In this document: positions 12,990 to 25,330 of the stretch, in pieces | Layout: every line of letters begins with the position of its first letter | Numbering within the stretch: position 1 is the first letter of the stretch | Source of the DNA: Chiloscyllium plagiosum | Taxonomy: Eukaryota | Direction of reading: 5' to 3' | Length of the DNA: 64,000 nucleotides | Assembly (NCBI RefSeq): GCF_004010195.1 | Contig: NC_057719.1 | Span: forward strand, 41,982,139 to 42,046,138 | The notes under the pieces: model-generated | Database searches by the model: none | Seen by the model: only the letters and a program-made list of their open reading frames with translations | What the model was told of the DNA's origin: nothing | Translations under genes and position numbers: made by a program

Positions 12990-13187
12990 TTGAGGTGTTA
13001 TGGCTGAGCTGTTAATCCAGTGACCCAGATAATGCTCTTGGGGACCTGGATTCCACAGATGGTGGAATTTTAATTTTATAATTATCTGGAATTCAGAATC
13101 TAATGACTACGATGAATCCATTGCCAAATGTCAGAAAAACCCAACTGGTTCACTAATGTCCATTAGGGAAGGAAATCTGCCATCCTG
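12990..13187 (+). mobile_element. SacSINE1-like DeuSINE, 3'-truncated
   Basis: gaaaaacccaactggttcactaatgtccattagggaaggaaatctgccatcc core as in 12465-12770. Confidence 0.65.
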
Positions 13188-16100
13188 TAATGATGGCCTC
13201 TACCCAAACGTTCACACCCATGAGCTGTTCAGCTACCTAGGAGCCAATCACAAAGTTGTTCGTAGGCAGAACTCCTTTGTCATTGACAATTAGTTACCAC
13301 TCCACAGATCAATCAACTACTTGTTTCCAGTTAAATCTCCATTTGTATACAGTCCACAGAGTCCAGCTTGTCTATAACTAGATATCCCCACTGAACAAGC
13401 AGCTGTTAAAACAACGCTTACAATCAGTGCCCAGTAACTTGCTTTCAAAAAGAAAATTGCTGTAGAACTTTCCATAATCCTTGGTTTTTAAAACACAATC
13501 TTTTTCCCCATTTCAGTCCACAAGTAAAAATACAGAAAAATAAAATGATACAGTCCTTGCACAACATTTGCTAGCTTCCCATTCTTGGAAATTACACATT
13601 TCCTTTTGAAGAATTGTGCCAATAGAACAATATACACCAGCACATTGAAATCTACCTCAGTGAGATTGGGACTAACAGCAAAAATCCAAATCTGCATCAC
13701 ACTGAAAATCAATTTGTGTCTAGAATGCTATTTACTAAAGTTACACCGTAAATGTAAACTTTTAAAACCAATTAATTAATTTAAATTGGTTCAAATTTCT
13801 GTCATTTTCTTACTCCAACACTAGCCACACACCAATTTTAAGGGTGATAAGGGAACATTCTTGTGTTTTGGCCTCTGCCAATAATGATGTATTGCCAGTT
13901 GCAGGGAAATATTAAACAAGTGTGGTGGCTCATTGAAGAATATCCAGTGCTATTAAAGTGGAGGAAGCCCTTAGTGTCTCAAAGTTTATACAAAATAATC
14001 GTCTTACAGCATGCTGAAATAATGAAGATTGATCTATTTCTTGACAAACTAACATTGCAAGAAAGACAACAAAGTGGCAATCTTATAGGACTAGCAAACC
14101 AGAGACTTGGGCCAAAGCTTTGGCGATGTGAGTTCAAATCCCACCCACAGTAGCTAGCAGAATAAACATTTGCTCTAGTAAATCAATATGAAATGCAAAT
14201 CCACTCTGTGAAATTACCAGATGGTTAGTTTTAAACAGTGCTGTTGCATTAATTTTTTTTAGTAATGAAAGGTGTTGCCAATACCTATTCCAGCCTACGT
14301 ATGGCAACGTAGTTAATCCTAAATGCCCTTTGAAATGATCTATGAGCGAGCTAAACAATTGGTCTGGCAGTGCAAACAAGAAAACTGAGTTAGGTTACAG
14401 TCAGATCAGCCAATATTTCAGGAGTAATAGCCCATTTTTGCTTCTATTTCCTGTATTCTTAAAAGTAAAAAAAAATCATATTAGCAAGATGACAAACTGG
14501 GCCAGACCTCCTTCGAAATATCAGTCTTTAAAAGGAATGGAACAGCTTACAGTAAGGAGAAATAACAGACTGAACTATAATCAGATGGCCGGCCATTGTA
14601 TTTATTGTCAATGGAGTCTGCACAAACCAGGATTTGCAACCATTTTAAATTTTTAATGGAATATCAACAAACTGTAATGGCAGATTTGTTTGTGTCTTTG
14701 TATGTTCCATATTTTGCATGATGATCTTCAAAACTCTGTTCAGTGAACCTTATTTGCAACATTAAATAATTTAGTTTATCCAAGGAGATTAAGAAACTAA
14801 TAAATAAGCCTGTTGTGTTAGCATGATTTGCAGCACACCAGTTGCCTTGGAGGCTTAATTTCCAGATGTTGTGTATATTAGCTGCATATATTTGGTGTAT
14901 CCTGTTATGTTAATATTCCTGGTTCTTGAACAGGTTCCCAGATGCCGTTTGCTATTCACTGTAATTGGTAAAAGTGGTTATGATTACATATTGCCTTGTA
15001 AGCAATTAAAAGCAATCAGCATAATAGGATCAACATAATTTTGTGCTACATTGCATAAAAAACTGGTTTCTATTGAAACTGCTTTTTCTACCAATTTCTT
15101 GTTTAATTCAAATACCAGGATTGTCAGCACTTTTAACTCATTGATAATATTAATTGAAGTGACACACTTATTTACATGAGGAAACTGTTTACTTCTAAAT
15201 GCTTTCTTACAATGGGCCTGGAAAATCTTGAAAAGAAGGGTGAAATTTGCTCTCAAATGTATAACACTAAGGAATCATAACACTGATGGAAACTACTTCA
15301 TGATCCATTGTGTCTGTGCTAGCTCTTTATCAGAAAATCCAAAACTAATTCCACTGCCCTGTGTGCTCTCCATAGCTCGATATTTTCCTCAACTTCAAAT
15401 ACGTTCTCAATGCCCTTCGAAAGATTTCTTAGCTACTCTCTCTGACACATCATTCCTTCTTCTAATAGCTTGCTGAATAACTAAGTTTCCCTTTGACTCC
15501 TTTCATCTCTGGCGCGTCAAGAGGGGGGAAAATATCTTTCTGTATTTACTCTGCCAAAATTTCTCATAATTCTAAAACTTTTAATATCTTCTTAGCCTTC
15601 TCTGATGTAGGGGAAATGGCCAACATCTCAGGTCTCTATTCCAAATTCCAATTTTCCATTCCTGTATCCTCCTGCTGAGATTATACTTTATGTTCTCAGT
15701 GGTTTTAATGTCCTTTCCGGGTGGGCATGGATTTGAGTTTGGGTAAAATGCTATCGCGTTAAAGTTTCAAACCTAAACCTGTCAGCCTCAGACCCATTCA
15801 CCTCTGGCTTGAGGAAAGGGGACACTGGTTGTGCACACCAACCCAGTCTCAGGTGGCAGGTCAGGCATTTAAATATTTTAGTGAGGATGTATGTCTCACA
15901 TTATTTTCTATTGATGTATAATTCTGACCTGGAGCTTGAGTAGTTAAGTGGAGGTGAGGAATTCTTGAATCAGCAATTAGATGTCTTTCCAGCATTGCTT
16001 GTGAGGCAGCAGTGCATAATCTTCATCTCTGCTCTCTCCCAGCCTAATTGAAATCCACCTACCCATGGCATGAACCATAAGAAATAGGTACAAGAAGAAG

Positions 16101-16505
16101 ATATTCCTCAGACCTGCCTTGTCATTCAACAGCATCACGATTGTTCTGACCCAAGTCTCAAATCTTCTTGGGTATTTCCTCACATCCCTCTACTGCTTAG
16201 CAATAAAAAATCTACGGATTCCCCTTTTCAGTGATCTAGCCTCACAACTTTTTGTGATAGAGAATTATAGACATTCATTGGTCTCTACAAGAAGACATTA
16301 CTTTGCAACTCAATTTTAAATAAGCAACCTTTTATTCTGTAACCATGGTTCCCTTAATTGAGATTGCCCCATTAGTGGAAAGATGTTGTCAGCGCATAAC
16401 CAGTCATTCCCCCTCAGTATCTTGTATGATTTGTTAAGATCACCACTCATTCTTCTAAACTTCCTAGTTACCCTATTTTAAAAATTCCAATCCCCAAACA
16501 ATATA

Positions 16506-17180
16506 CAGAGGAACCTCGACTATCCGAATACCAATTATCCGAAAATTGGATTATCCGAAGATCTCGAGGTCCGGGTAGAAACATTACATCAAAGACACGT
16601 TTCCAACAGTGATTATGTCTTTTATTTACAGTAATTAAACAGACACCGTCTCCAAACGACTGACCTCTCTTCCTTTCTCTCTCCCCACACTTTCCCTGGA
16701 GTTCTACAGAGGGATGTACCCTAAACCCCCTCCGTTCCCCAGATAATCTGGCCAACATTGTACTGTACAGATGTGGAACCTGTCAAAAAGCTGCAGTAAG
16801 AAGTTTGTGTGTATGTGTGCTATTTAGAGACCTACCCCACAAAGGCAGCAGTAGCAGCAGCAGTCTTATTGTTTGTTTCCAGTCCGGCTGCCCAGGAGAG
16901 GGACGGGGGTAGCGCTGGACAGGGATGGTGGGGCGGGCGGTGTTGGACAGGCGTTGGGGTTGGCTGGGGGGCGGGTTTGTCCGGGGCGGGGGGGGGGGGT
17001 GGTGGTGCAGGGGCTTGTACACGCTTGTACGCTGTGTGCTGCTATAGTCTCCTGAACGAGGAGCAGACTTTTAAAAACTCTGATCCCCAGAAGAAAGGCA
17101 TTTAATCAATTAACCGAATAATCAATTATCTGAACAAAATAGTGCCTGCCCATCATGTTCAGATAGCCAAGGTTCCCCTG
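16506..17180. mobile_element. Non-autonomous Tc1/mariner-superfamily (Tigger/pogo-like) DNA transposon
   Basis: TIRs CAGAGGAACCTCGACTATCCGAA / TTCAGATAGCCAAGGTTCCCCTG, TA on both sides (16504-16505, 17181-17182), subterminal attatccgaa repeats; GC-rich interior; interrupts an old CR1. Confidence 0.85.
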
Positions 17181-17189
17181 TACACCATT

Positions 17190-18850
17190 AATCAATTTGT
17201 TTTCTCAATTTCTTGCTGCATTTGCATACTAACATGTACTTCATGCACAAGATTGCACAGATCCCTCTGTGCTGCACTTTTTTGGAGTCTCTTTCCACTT
17301 AAATAATAGTCTGCCTTTTGTCTTTTCCTACCAAGGTGTGTTACCACAGACCTTCCTACTCTATCTGTCAAGCCTTGGCCACTCATTCAACTTAAAATAC
17401 CCCATTGCTAATTCATTATGTCCTCATCATAAAATGCCCCGCCCACCTTTTTTTTGTATCAACAACAAATTTGGATACATTACAATGCCCCTTCTCTAAC
17501 GCATGAATATTAATAACAAATAATTGAGGTCCGAGGACTGAACCTTGTGCCATTCAAAGTTTTTTCAAAGTGAAATGTACCCATTATCTCATCTCAATCT
17601 TGTGAGTGTTAACTAATTCTCAAATTATGCTGATATATTATCCTCAACAGAATGAGCTCTGATCTTGTGCAATAAACTTTGTGGCCCTTCCACAAAGACT
17701 TTTGGAAATCCAAATACACTTTCTAAATCCTCAAAATACTCTAGTAAATTTGTCAAACATGATTTTCCTTTCACAAAACCATGTTTACGATGATTGAGTC
17801 AAACTTTTCAAAATGTCCTATTAGTTCTTCCTTAATGATGAACAATAGCATTTTTCTAACAACAGCTATTAGGCTAACTGGCCAATAGTTTCCAGCCTCT
17901 TGTCTCCTTCCATTTTGAGCAGGGTATCATGTATGGATTTTCCAAACCACTGGAACCCTCCCAGAATCAGTTAAGTTCGAGGATAATACAATCAAATTCT
18001 CCCCTCAGTTTACAACCACTACCTTTAAAACTCTTAGCTGCTAGCCATTGGGCCCTGGTGATTTATCTGCCTTTAATCCCATTAGTTTGTCAAATACTTG
18101 TCTCTCATGATAGAGAGTGTTACAAGATTGTTTCTCCCATTCTCATCTTGCATACCTGTTATATTTGGCCTGGTTATATTGTCCTCTACCATGAAGACCA
18201 ATCCAGAATATTAGTTTAAATTATTTGCCATTTCCTTCTTTCCTGTTATTAATGCACCATTTGAATCCTTCATGAATCCCAGATTTACTTGAACTATTTT
18301 CTTTTGGTTTATATCCCTGTGAAAGCTCTTCTTGTTTTTTTATTAATTTTTTCTTGTCAATTCACTTCCATATTCACTTTTCTCACTCTTTATTAGTCCT
18401 TTAGTCATCTGGCAGGAGTTCCTTAAAAATTCCCAATCCTCTGGCATACTATTAATTCTCACGACTTTGCATATCTTAGGTTTTGGTTGAATATTGTCCT
18501 TTACTCCCTTTGTTAATGGTGGATGGTTTATTCTTCACTGAGTCCATTTTTGACTGGAATAAATTTTTTACTGAGCATTGTGAAATATCTGCTTCAATGT
18601 TTGATACTGTTCATCCACTGACTTTTCCCTTGGTTTATTGTTTCAGTCAGTTTTAGACAACTCTTTCTTCATATCTCCGTGATGGCCCTTATTTAAATTG
18701 ATGATTCTGGTTTGAGATTGGAGTTGCTCCCCTTTAAACTGAGTTTGAAACTGTACCAGGTTATAACCATTAACTCTGGAGAATCCTTAGCTACAAGATC
18801 TCTTATTAGTTCTACCTCATTATACATTGTCGCATTTAAATAGCTTGTGA
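17190..18850 (-). mobile_element. Old CR1 LINE fragment (continues 16100-16500 across the MITE)
   Basis: Minus ORF ..KRQKADYYLSGKRLQKSAAQRDL..LVH; antisense RT motifs (ttttggaaatccaaatacac, tttgtcaaacatgattttcctttcacaaaaccatg). Confidence 0.65.
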
Positions 18851-19460
18851 CTGACTGACTTACAGCTTTGGTCACCCTAACCTCCAATCCACAAACCTCT
18901 TCTCACCTGGTTTTTGCATTGTCCCATTAATTCCCCAGTACTCCACTCCTCTGGTCCCATGACATCCCCATCTCGACTCCCATCTGCACCTCCTATCTTT
19001 GGCTTTCAATCTCCCCTCCCACTTCCAACCAGGAAGATGAGCTATTTATTATGGGGGTGCAGGTTTGGGCTGCAGTCAGATCAGCTTACCCAGGAACTGT
19101 GCAGAGGCTGGCACAGCAGTTGCTGAGTGTGAGGCAGAATGTTTCAAAAGAATGTTTCTCAGGACTGTGGAGCTCAAATAAAACCTGAAAGCTCCTCAAG
19201 CCTTCATTTCCCCCGATCCTGCACAAATTCCCCATGACCCATCCAAGCTTCCTCATATCATCCAAACAATCCCCATGTCTATCTATGGCTCCCATGTCAA
19301 ACTGTGAAATGTCAGACACTTTAAGCCCTTTAACTTTGTGTAAATAGAAACTCTGAATTTGATAGCAGAGATTAGATTTGTGCTGTCAATCAGGCAGAGT
19401 CCAATGAGTTTCAACAGAATAATGAACGTCTGGTCTTTCAGAAAAACATCAAAATGTATC

Positions 19461-19633
19461 CAAAAACAGAAATTGCTGGAAAAGCTCAGCAGGTCTGGCA
19501 GCATCTCTGGAGAGAAATCAAGTTAATGTTTCAGGCTGAGTAATCCTTCCTCAGGACCTGAGGAAATATTAACTGATTTCTCTCCACAGATGCTCCCAGA
19601 CCTGCTGAGCTTTTCCAGCAGTTTCTGTTTTTG
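19461..19633. repeat. Head-to-head inverted pair of Penelope-like terminal repeats (palindrome) with hammerhead-like core
   Basis: caaaaacagaaattgctggaaaagctcagcaggtctggcagcatc...cctcagg-a-cctgagg...gatgctcccagacctgctgagcttttccagcagtttctgtttttg. Confidence 0.8.
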
Positions 19634-19959
19634 TTTCTGATTTAGTCTCCACATTTCTTCCAGTTTTTAATCAATGTGTGTTTTTTCTCTGATTCTCTTT
19701 CTCTCTATTACAGTCTCTCAAGCCTAGCTTAGGGCTCATAAGGAGAAGTTCATTCACAACTATGGTTCACAACATAATAAAGGAGCCATAAACTACAACT
19801 CTTGTAAAAATACAGTCTGATTGTGAAATTTGTGGAGAAGTAGACCATGGCTATGTCCACAACAGAATCCCTATAGTTGGAAAGAGTCAACCAGCCAACC
19901 AACCAAACCTCCAAAGAGCATACCACCCAGATCGCAGCCTATCCCATAACCCCAGGTTT

Positions 19960-20336
19960 AGAGTCATAGAATCATAGAGATGTATAGCATGGAAACAGAC
20001 CCTTCAGCCCAACTCATCCATACTGATAATCCTAAATAAATCTAGTCCCATTTACCAGCACTGGGCCCATATCCCTCTAAACCCTTCCTACTCATGTACC
20101 CATCCAAATGCTTTTTAAACATTGTAATTCTACCAGCCTCCACCACTTCCTCTGGTAGCCCATTCCATACACACACCACGCTCTGCATGAAAATGTTGCT
20201 CCTTAGATCCCTTTTAAATCTTTCCCCTCTTACCTTAAGCCTTTGCCTTCTAGTTTTGGACTTGCCCACTTCAGGGAAAAGACCTTGTCCACTTACCCTA
20301 TCTATGCCCCTCATGATTTTATAAACCTCTATAAGG
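19960..20336 (-). mobile_element. CR1 (HER1-like) LINE 3' end
   Basis: Minus ORF LIEVYKIMRGIDRV..FKRDLRSNIF.QSVVCVWNGLPEEVVEAG..FKKHLD; tail (ctatgatt)n. Confidence 0.9.
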
Positions 20337-20342
20337 GTTGCC

Positions 20343-20535
20343 ACACATCCCTGGACACTACAGAGAATTTAACATGACCAACCCACGCATCTTTTGATTG
20401 TGGAAGGAAACTGGAGCACCCAGTGTAAATTCACACAGACACATGCAAACTTTACACAAATGGTCAACCACAGCTGGAATTGAATCCAGGTCCCTGGCAT
20501 TGTGAGACAACAGAACTAACCACTGAGCCACTAGA
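20343..20535 (-). mobile_element. Diverged HE1/V-SINE
   Basis: ggaaactggagcaccc...gaattgaatccaggtccctggcattgtgagacaacagaactaaccactgagccac matches the 2749-3063 copy. Confidence 0.7.
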
Positions 20536-22095
20536 CTGCACATAATGTATCCTGCCAAGTTGGACATGAAATCACAACCTGGACCTGTCTGCACCATGAA
20601 AAGACTGTCCTAAGAATTAAGATCCATGGTAATCGGGGAAGTATTCCAGGAATTAGAACCCACCTATCATTTTTACAAAGTCCTTGAGTCATCCTCATTC
20701 AACAAAAATTTGGATTTGGTCTTTACAGCCTCCCCCATTTGTTTTATTCTCCAACAATCCACAATTGCTGTTAGCATCTATTCAGTATTCATCTCTCTCC
20801 CAGTCCATCAACAATCCTTCTGTCTGTTTTTCCATTATTTTTCTCTCTCTCTCTACCATTTCCATCTATTCAATTCACCCTTTCTCTCACTCCCTGTCAT
20901 CCTCATTAAATATTACTATTTCCCAGTTGTTTTCAGTTCTGATGAAGGGGCACTGGACTCAAAACATTAACTGTTTTTCTCTCCACAGATGTTCCCTGAC
21001 TTACTGATCAGTATGATCTTGTTTCAGATCTCCAGCAGCTGCAGTTCTTTGTTTTATTATGGTTATAATGTGTTCACCTCTGGAGTTTTTGTTGACACTG
21101 AATGAGGTGATTGAGTGTGAGAGTTAGTGTCCCTAGCACTCATTAACAGAAGTGGATAGATGACCCAATAAATGAAGGTGGGTATTTGAACCAGCCCAGG
21201 CTAAGCAAGTGAGGTAGCATCTAAGCAACTGAGGAAGGATCACTGGACCAGAAATATTAACTCTGATTTCTCTTCACAAATGCTGCCAGACCTGCTGAGC
21301 TTTTCCAGCAACTTCTGTTTTTTATCCTGGCTTACAATATCCATAGTTTTTTTGGTTACTATTTTCATGGAATCAGACACACGCTCGTCAGGAATGCCTG
21401 GTCAAGAGTCAGGAATCCTTTAAAAGTTAAATTCAAATGATGTTGACAACTTCATGTGTCATAACTGAGTGATGTAGGAGAAGTTAAGTATGTTTTAACA
21501 CAATTATTCATAATTAATTTAAAAGCTTTTAATGTCAGTCTGTGGAGAAAGAATCAATGTTAACAGTTTCAGTCTTCTGAAGAAAAATCATATTGAAGTC
21601 ATATTAACTAGGCCCTCTTATGGCACAGTGATAATGTCCATAGCTCGGGATCAGGAGGCACAGGTCCAGGTCCCATTTACTCCAGAGGTGTATAATGTCT
21701 GAACTGGTTGATGAGAAAATCAGGCTTAAAAACAACCATATTACTTTTTCTGCAGATGCTGCAGTTTTCACATTTCACCCCAGTACATATTGTTTCTATT
21801 TCTTTCACTAGTTTATACAGCAGCACCTTAAATATAACTCTGCTGTTCACCACGTTAAAACAGAGGTGGGCAGATGCCAGACCTCCTGTACTTTCTGTTT
21901 CAGTTCAGGTTTCCAACATCTGCAGTGCTTTGCTTTTGTTTTAGGCTTTAATATATTTAGAACAGCAACACGCTCATCCTTTGAAGCACCAAAACAGTAG
22001 CCTGTCTGTTCCATGACTTCAAAAATGAAACAGATGGTTGGGATCTTTTAAAGGCACGAAAAGTCATCAAAGGTTGCTCCCAGTGCAGCCAACGA

Positions 22096-22252
22096 CAAAG
22101 GAACCTCGATTATCCGGCACTTGATTAACTGAATTTCGGATTATCTGAACAAGGTCACAAGGTTCCGATGTGTGGCTGACCATGTTATCCGACGTTCGAT
22201 TATCAAATGAAATATTTCCCGCCCGTGTCCTTCGGATAATCGAGGTTCCTCG
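22096..22252. mobile_element. Short MITE of the same TIR family as 16506-17180
   Basis: caaaggaacctcgattatccg ... cggataatcgaggttcctcg inverted termini with internal attatc(c/t)gaa repeats. Confidence 0.8.
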
Positions 22253-23689
22253 ATTAGTTAGTACCCATTCAGCATTCATGACTCTCTGCCAGCCCATCAG
22301 CAATTCTTTTATTTGTCTTTCCATTCTTTTTCTCTCTGTGGACACAATTTCCATCCATTCAGTTCAACCCTTTCTCTTGCTCCCTGTCATCAGCATAAAT
22401 ACTATCATTTCCCATCTGTTTTCAGTTCTAATGAAGGGGCACTAGACTCAAAATGTTAACAGTTTTTTTCTCCACAGATGCTGTCAGAATTGCTGAGATT
22501 TTTCAATAAGATCTTGTTTCAAATCTCCATCGTCTGCAGTTCTTTGTTTTATTATGGTTATAACATATTCACCTCTTGAGGTATTGTTGACACAGCTGTG
22601 CAACTGAATGAAGTGATTGAGTGTGAGAGTTTCCCTAACATTCATTTACAGAACTGGACAGATGATCCAGTAGATGAAGGTGGGCCTTTGAACCCACTCA
22701 GGCTAAGCATTTATCCACCTCGGTTTTAACATGCTGAACAGCATCAATGTATTTAAGCGGTTGCTGGCTAACAAGAGAAAGAAGTAAAAGCAAATTATGT
22801 TGGGGCAAAATGAAGAAGGTTGCATGGAGCATAAATGCTACTTTGATACATTTTTGCACTGTAAAACTCTATATAATTGTCCTACATTACATTCTGTGAA
22901 GCATTACCTTTTGAATTGGGAGTGTCACTTTCTAAAGCAGCAATAACTCTGGCAGATGCTTCCCTTCCTTCATTCATCATTTTTTCCAATCAATTTTGGA
23001 TTTCCATTGACTCAAATCTTTCACTGGCACCATTTATCTTCTAAATTTTTGTGCTTCTAATTTGTTTTTATTTACTTTCTCAAGTTCATTCCCGCTATAG
23101 ATTGCAGGATTTGTGAGCATAGAACTGGTGTATTTCTGCATTATAGTGAGTCATGAAACAAGCAAATACTGAGGCTTCCAAATCAGTTGCCATTTTGTTT
23201 ACAGATGACATTTCTTTAAATCCAAAAATTCCTTCATTAAACCTCCTTTTTCATTTCCTGACATTTTGGAGTATGTTGGGATATCCCTGTGAATCATCAC
23301 ACTCTACCACAGTAATAGGAATTGTTTCTTTCCTCCTTTCTATTTTCATTTTCATTTACATCCTCATTTTGTTTTCAAGTAAACTGAAATAATATCTGGG
23401 CACTTGTTCAGTGAACTCACAGCAGCTAAAAATCTCCAGCTGATCAATCCTTTCTTGTTATTCTTTTGCTTGATCATCTGCCCCTTAAATTAGGGTTGGA
23501 GTCATGTCACCTCCTAAATGAAACAGAGGCAGCAAGATTTAAATTTTAAGAATTACAAGAGATTCAATATAGTTCAACTCCCATGTTAATAGAATTCTTT
23601 GTTGCGTTTCACCTACTGCTCCTCACTGAGTTGCATTTTCAATTTCTATAAATTAACAACTCACATTCAATTTGCATTTTTAATGTAAT

Positions 23690-24600
23690 AAAATGTTCCA
23701 ATTCAGTTCACGTGAGAGTTATCAAACAACATTTAACCATGTTCAAACAAAATCTAACCATATGCCACAACATTATTTTAGGAAAAATGACTGAAGGTTT
23801 AAACAAACCAGTAGGTTTCAACAATGCCTTGTGAGAATAGATAGAGGTGAAGAAATGGAGAGGTTTAGGGAGGGAAATTCCAGAGGTTAGGGCCTGAGTA
23901 ATTGAAGGCATGGTCACTATATGGAGTAATTAAAATTAGGGATGTGTAGGAGGCCAGCACTGGTGTCATGCAACAGACCTCAGGAATCCTGCGGGACTGG
24001 GGAAGATAGGGAGGAGGATTTCCTGGAGGGAAGCAAGGATCAAAATTGCAAAATCAAGACATTGCTGGATGAACAGCCAACATAGATCAGTGATCAGAAG
24101 GGTGATGGGTTAATAGTTTGGTCCAGGTTAGGATATGGTCAGCAGACTTTTGAGTGTATTCAGATATATGTCAGGTGAAGGCTGGGAAACAGGCTACATG
24201 GGCATTGAAATTATCAAATTCTGGGATAACAGTATAGATGAGGGTTTGAGCTATAGATGATATGAAACAAAATGGAGTACAGACAACTTAACAGAGGCGG
24301 AGATAACCATCTGCGGTGATGGTACAGATATGTAATCAGAAGCTGGATCCCAAGGTCACAGAGCACACAGAGAGTTGACACAGTCTGTTTCAACCTCAGA
24401 TTTTTGTCACAGAAAGAAATGCAGTAAGTATCAAGGGAATGGCCTTCATAGAGGGAACTGCAGCTAATGGCTTTAATCTTCCAATATTTGGTTGCATGTA
24501 TTTTCTGCACAAACAGTCCTAGAAGTCAGATAAGTGAGTGACAATTCAGGGACAATGAATGGTTCATGAGTTTGAGTCAAAATAGAGCTGGTATTATCAG
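23690..24600 (-). mobile_element. Old L2-like LINE fragment
   Basis: Antisense L2-type 3' text (ggagaggtttagggagggaaattccagaggttagggcct; gagctggtattatcagcat = YADD-like antisense). Confidence 0.5.
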
Positions 24601-24879
24601 CATGCAGGTGGAACATGCATCGGTTGACCACAAAACATCAGATTATCATAAGGAAACATCTTTTGCTCTAATGTCCTTCAGGGAAAGAAGACTAGCATTC
24701 TTATCTGACTTGCCTGTATGTAACCCCAACCATACAGCAATGTGGTGTACTCTTAATGGCCTAGAAACCTACACAGTTGTTATAAGGCTATTTGTAGTGC
24801 CCACATCTCGGGAGTGAATAAAGAAAAGTGAATGAATAAAGAATAAACACTCAGTCAAGTGCTATCCTGATGTCAAGTA

Positions 24880-25330
24880 GACAGGCAGGAGGTTGGAAGA
24901 ACACAGCAAGCCAGGTAGCATCAGGAGGTGGAGAAGTCGCTGTTTCAGGTATAACTCTTCTTCAGGACTCGGGGTGGGTTAAGGGGAGCTTCACTTAAGG
25001 GGGTGGCGGGGCATGATGGTGAAGTGGGGATAGGTGAAGACAGGCAGAGGGCACCAGCCAGTTGGTCAATGGGAAGAAGGAAGGGAAGGGAGCCAAGGGA
25101 TGGGAAGAGGATGGAAGGTATTTGAAAGTGGAGAACTCAATGTTGAGTCCTCTGGGCTGTGGGCTGCGCAGGCAGAAGATGAGGTGTTGTTCCTCCACTT
25201 TGCAGTTTGGTCTTCTCTACATCAGGGAAACCAAACGTAAACTTGGGGAACAGTTTGCCGAGCATCTCAGCCAAGCCCACAGAGGCCAACCAGACCACCC
25301 AGTCACCACCCATTTTAACTCCCCTTCAAA
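24880..25330. mobile_element. Penelope-like fragment with internal inversion and hammerhead-like motif (24936-24968, minus)
   Basis: Minus part encodes EEQHLIFCLRSPQPRGLNIEF (GIY-YIG C-terminus); plus part 25205-25330 encodes LLYIRETKRKLGEQFAEHL..PVTTHFNSPS. Confidence 0.8.

Noticed and set aside
16506..16560. Short repeated attatccgaa units resembling a CRISPR-like array
   Set aside because: Subterminal repeats of a DNA transposon; eukaryotic context, no regular spacers or cas genes
16800..17105. GC-rich patch resembling a promoter or first exon (ORF with AAVAAAV)
   Set aside because: Lies wholly inside a TIR- and TA-bounded MITE
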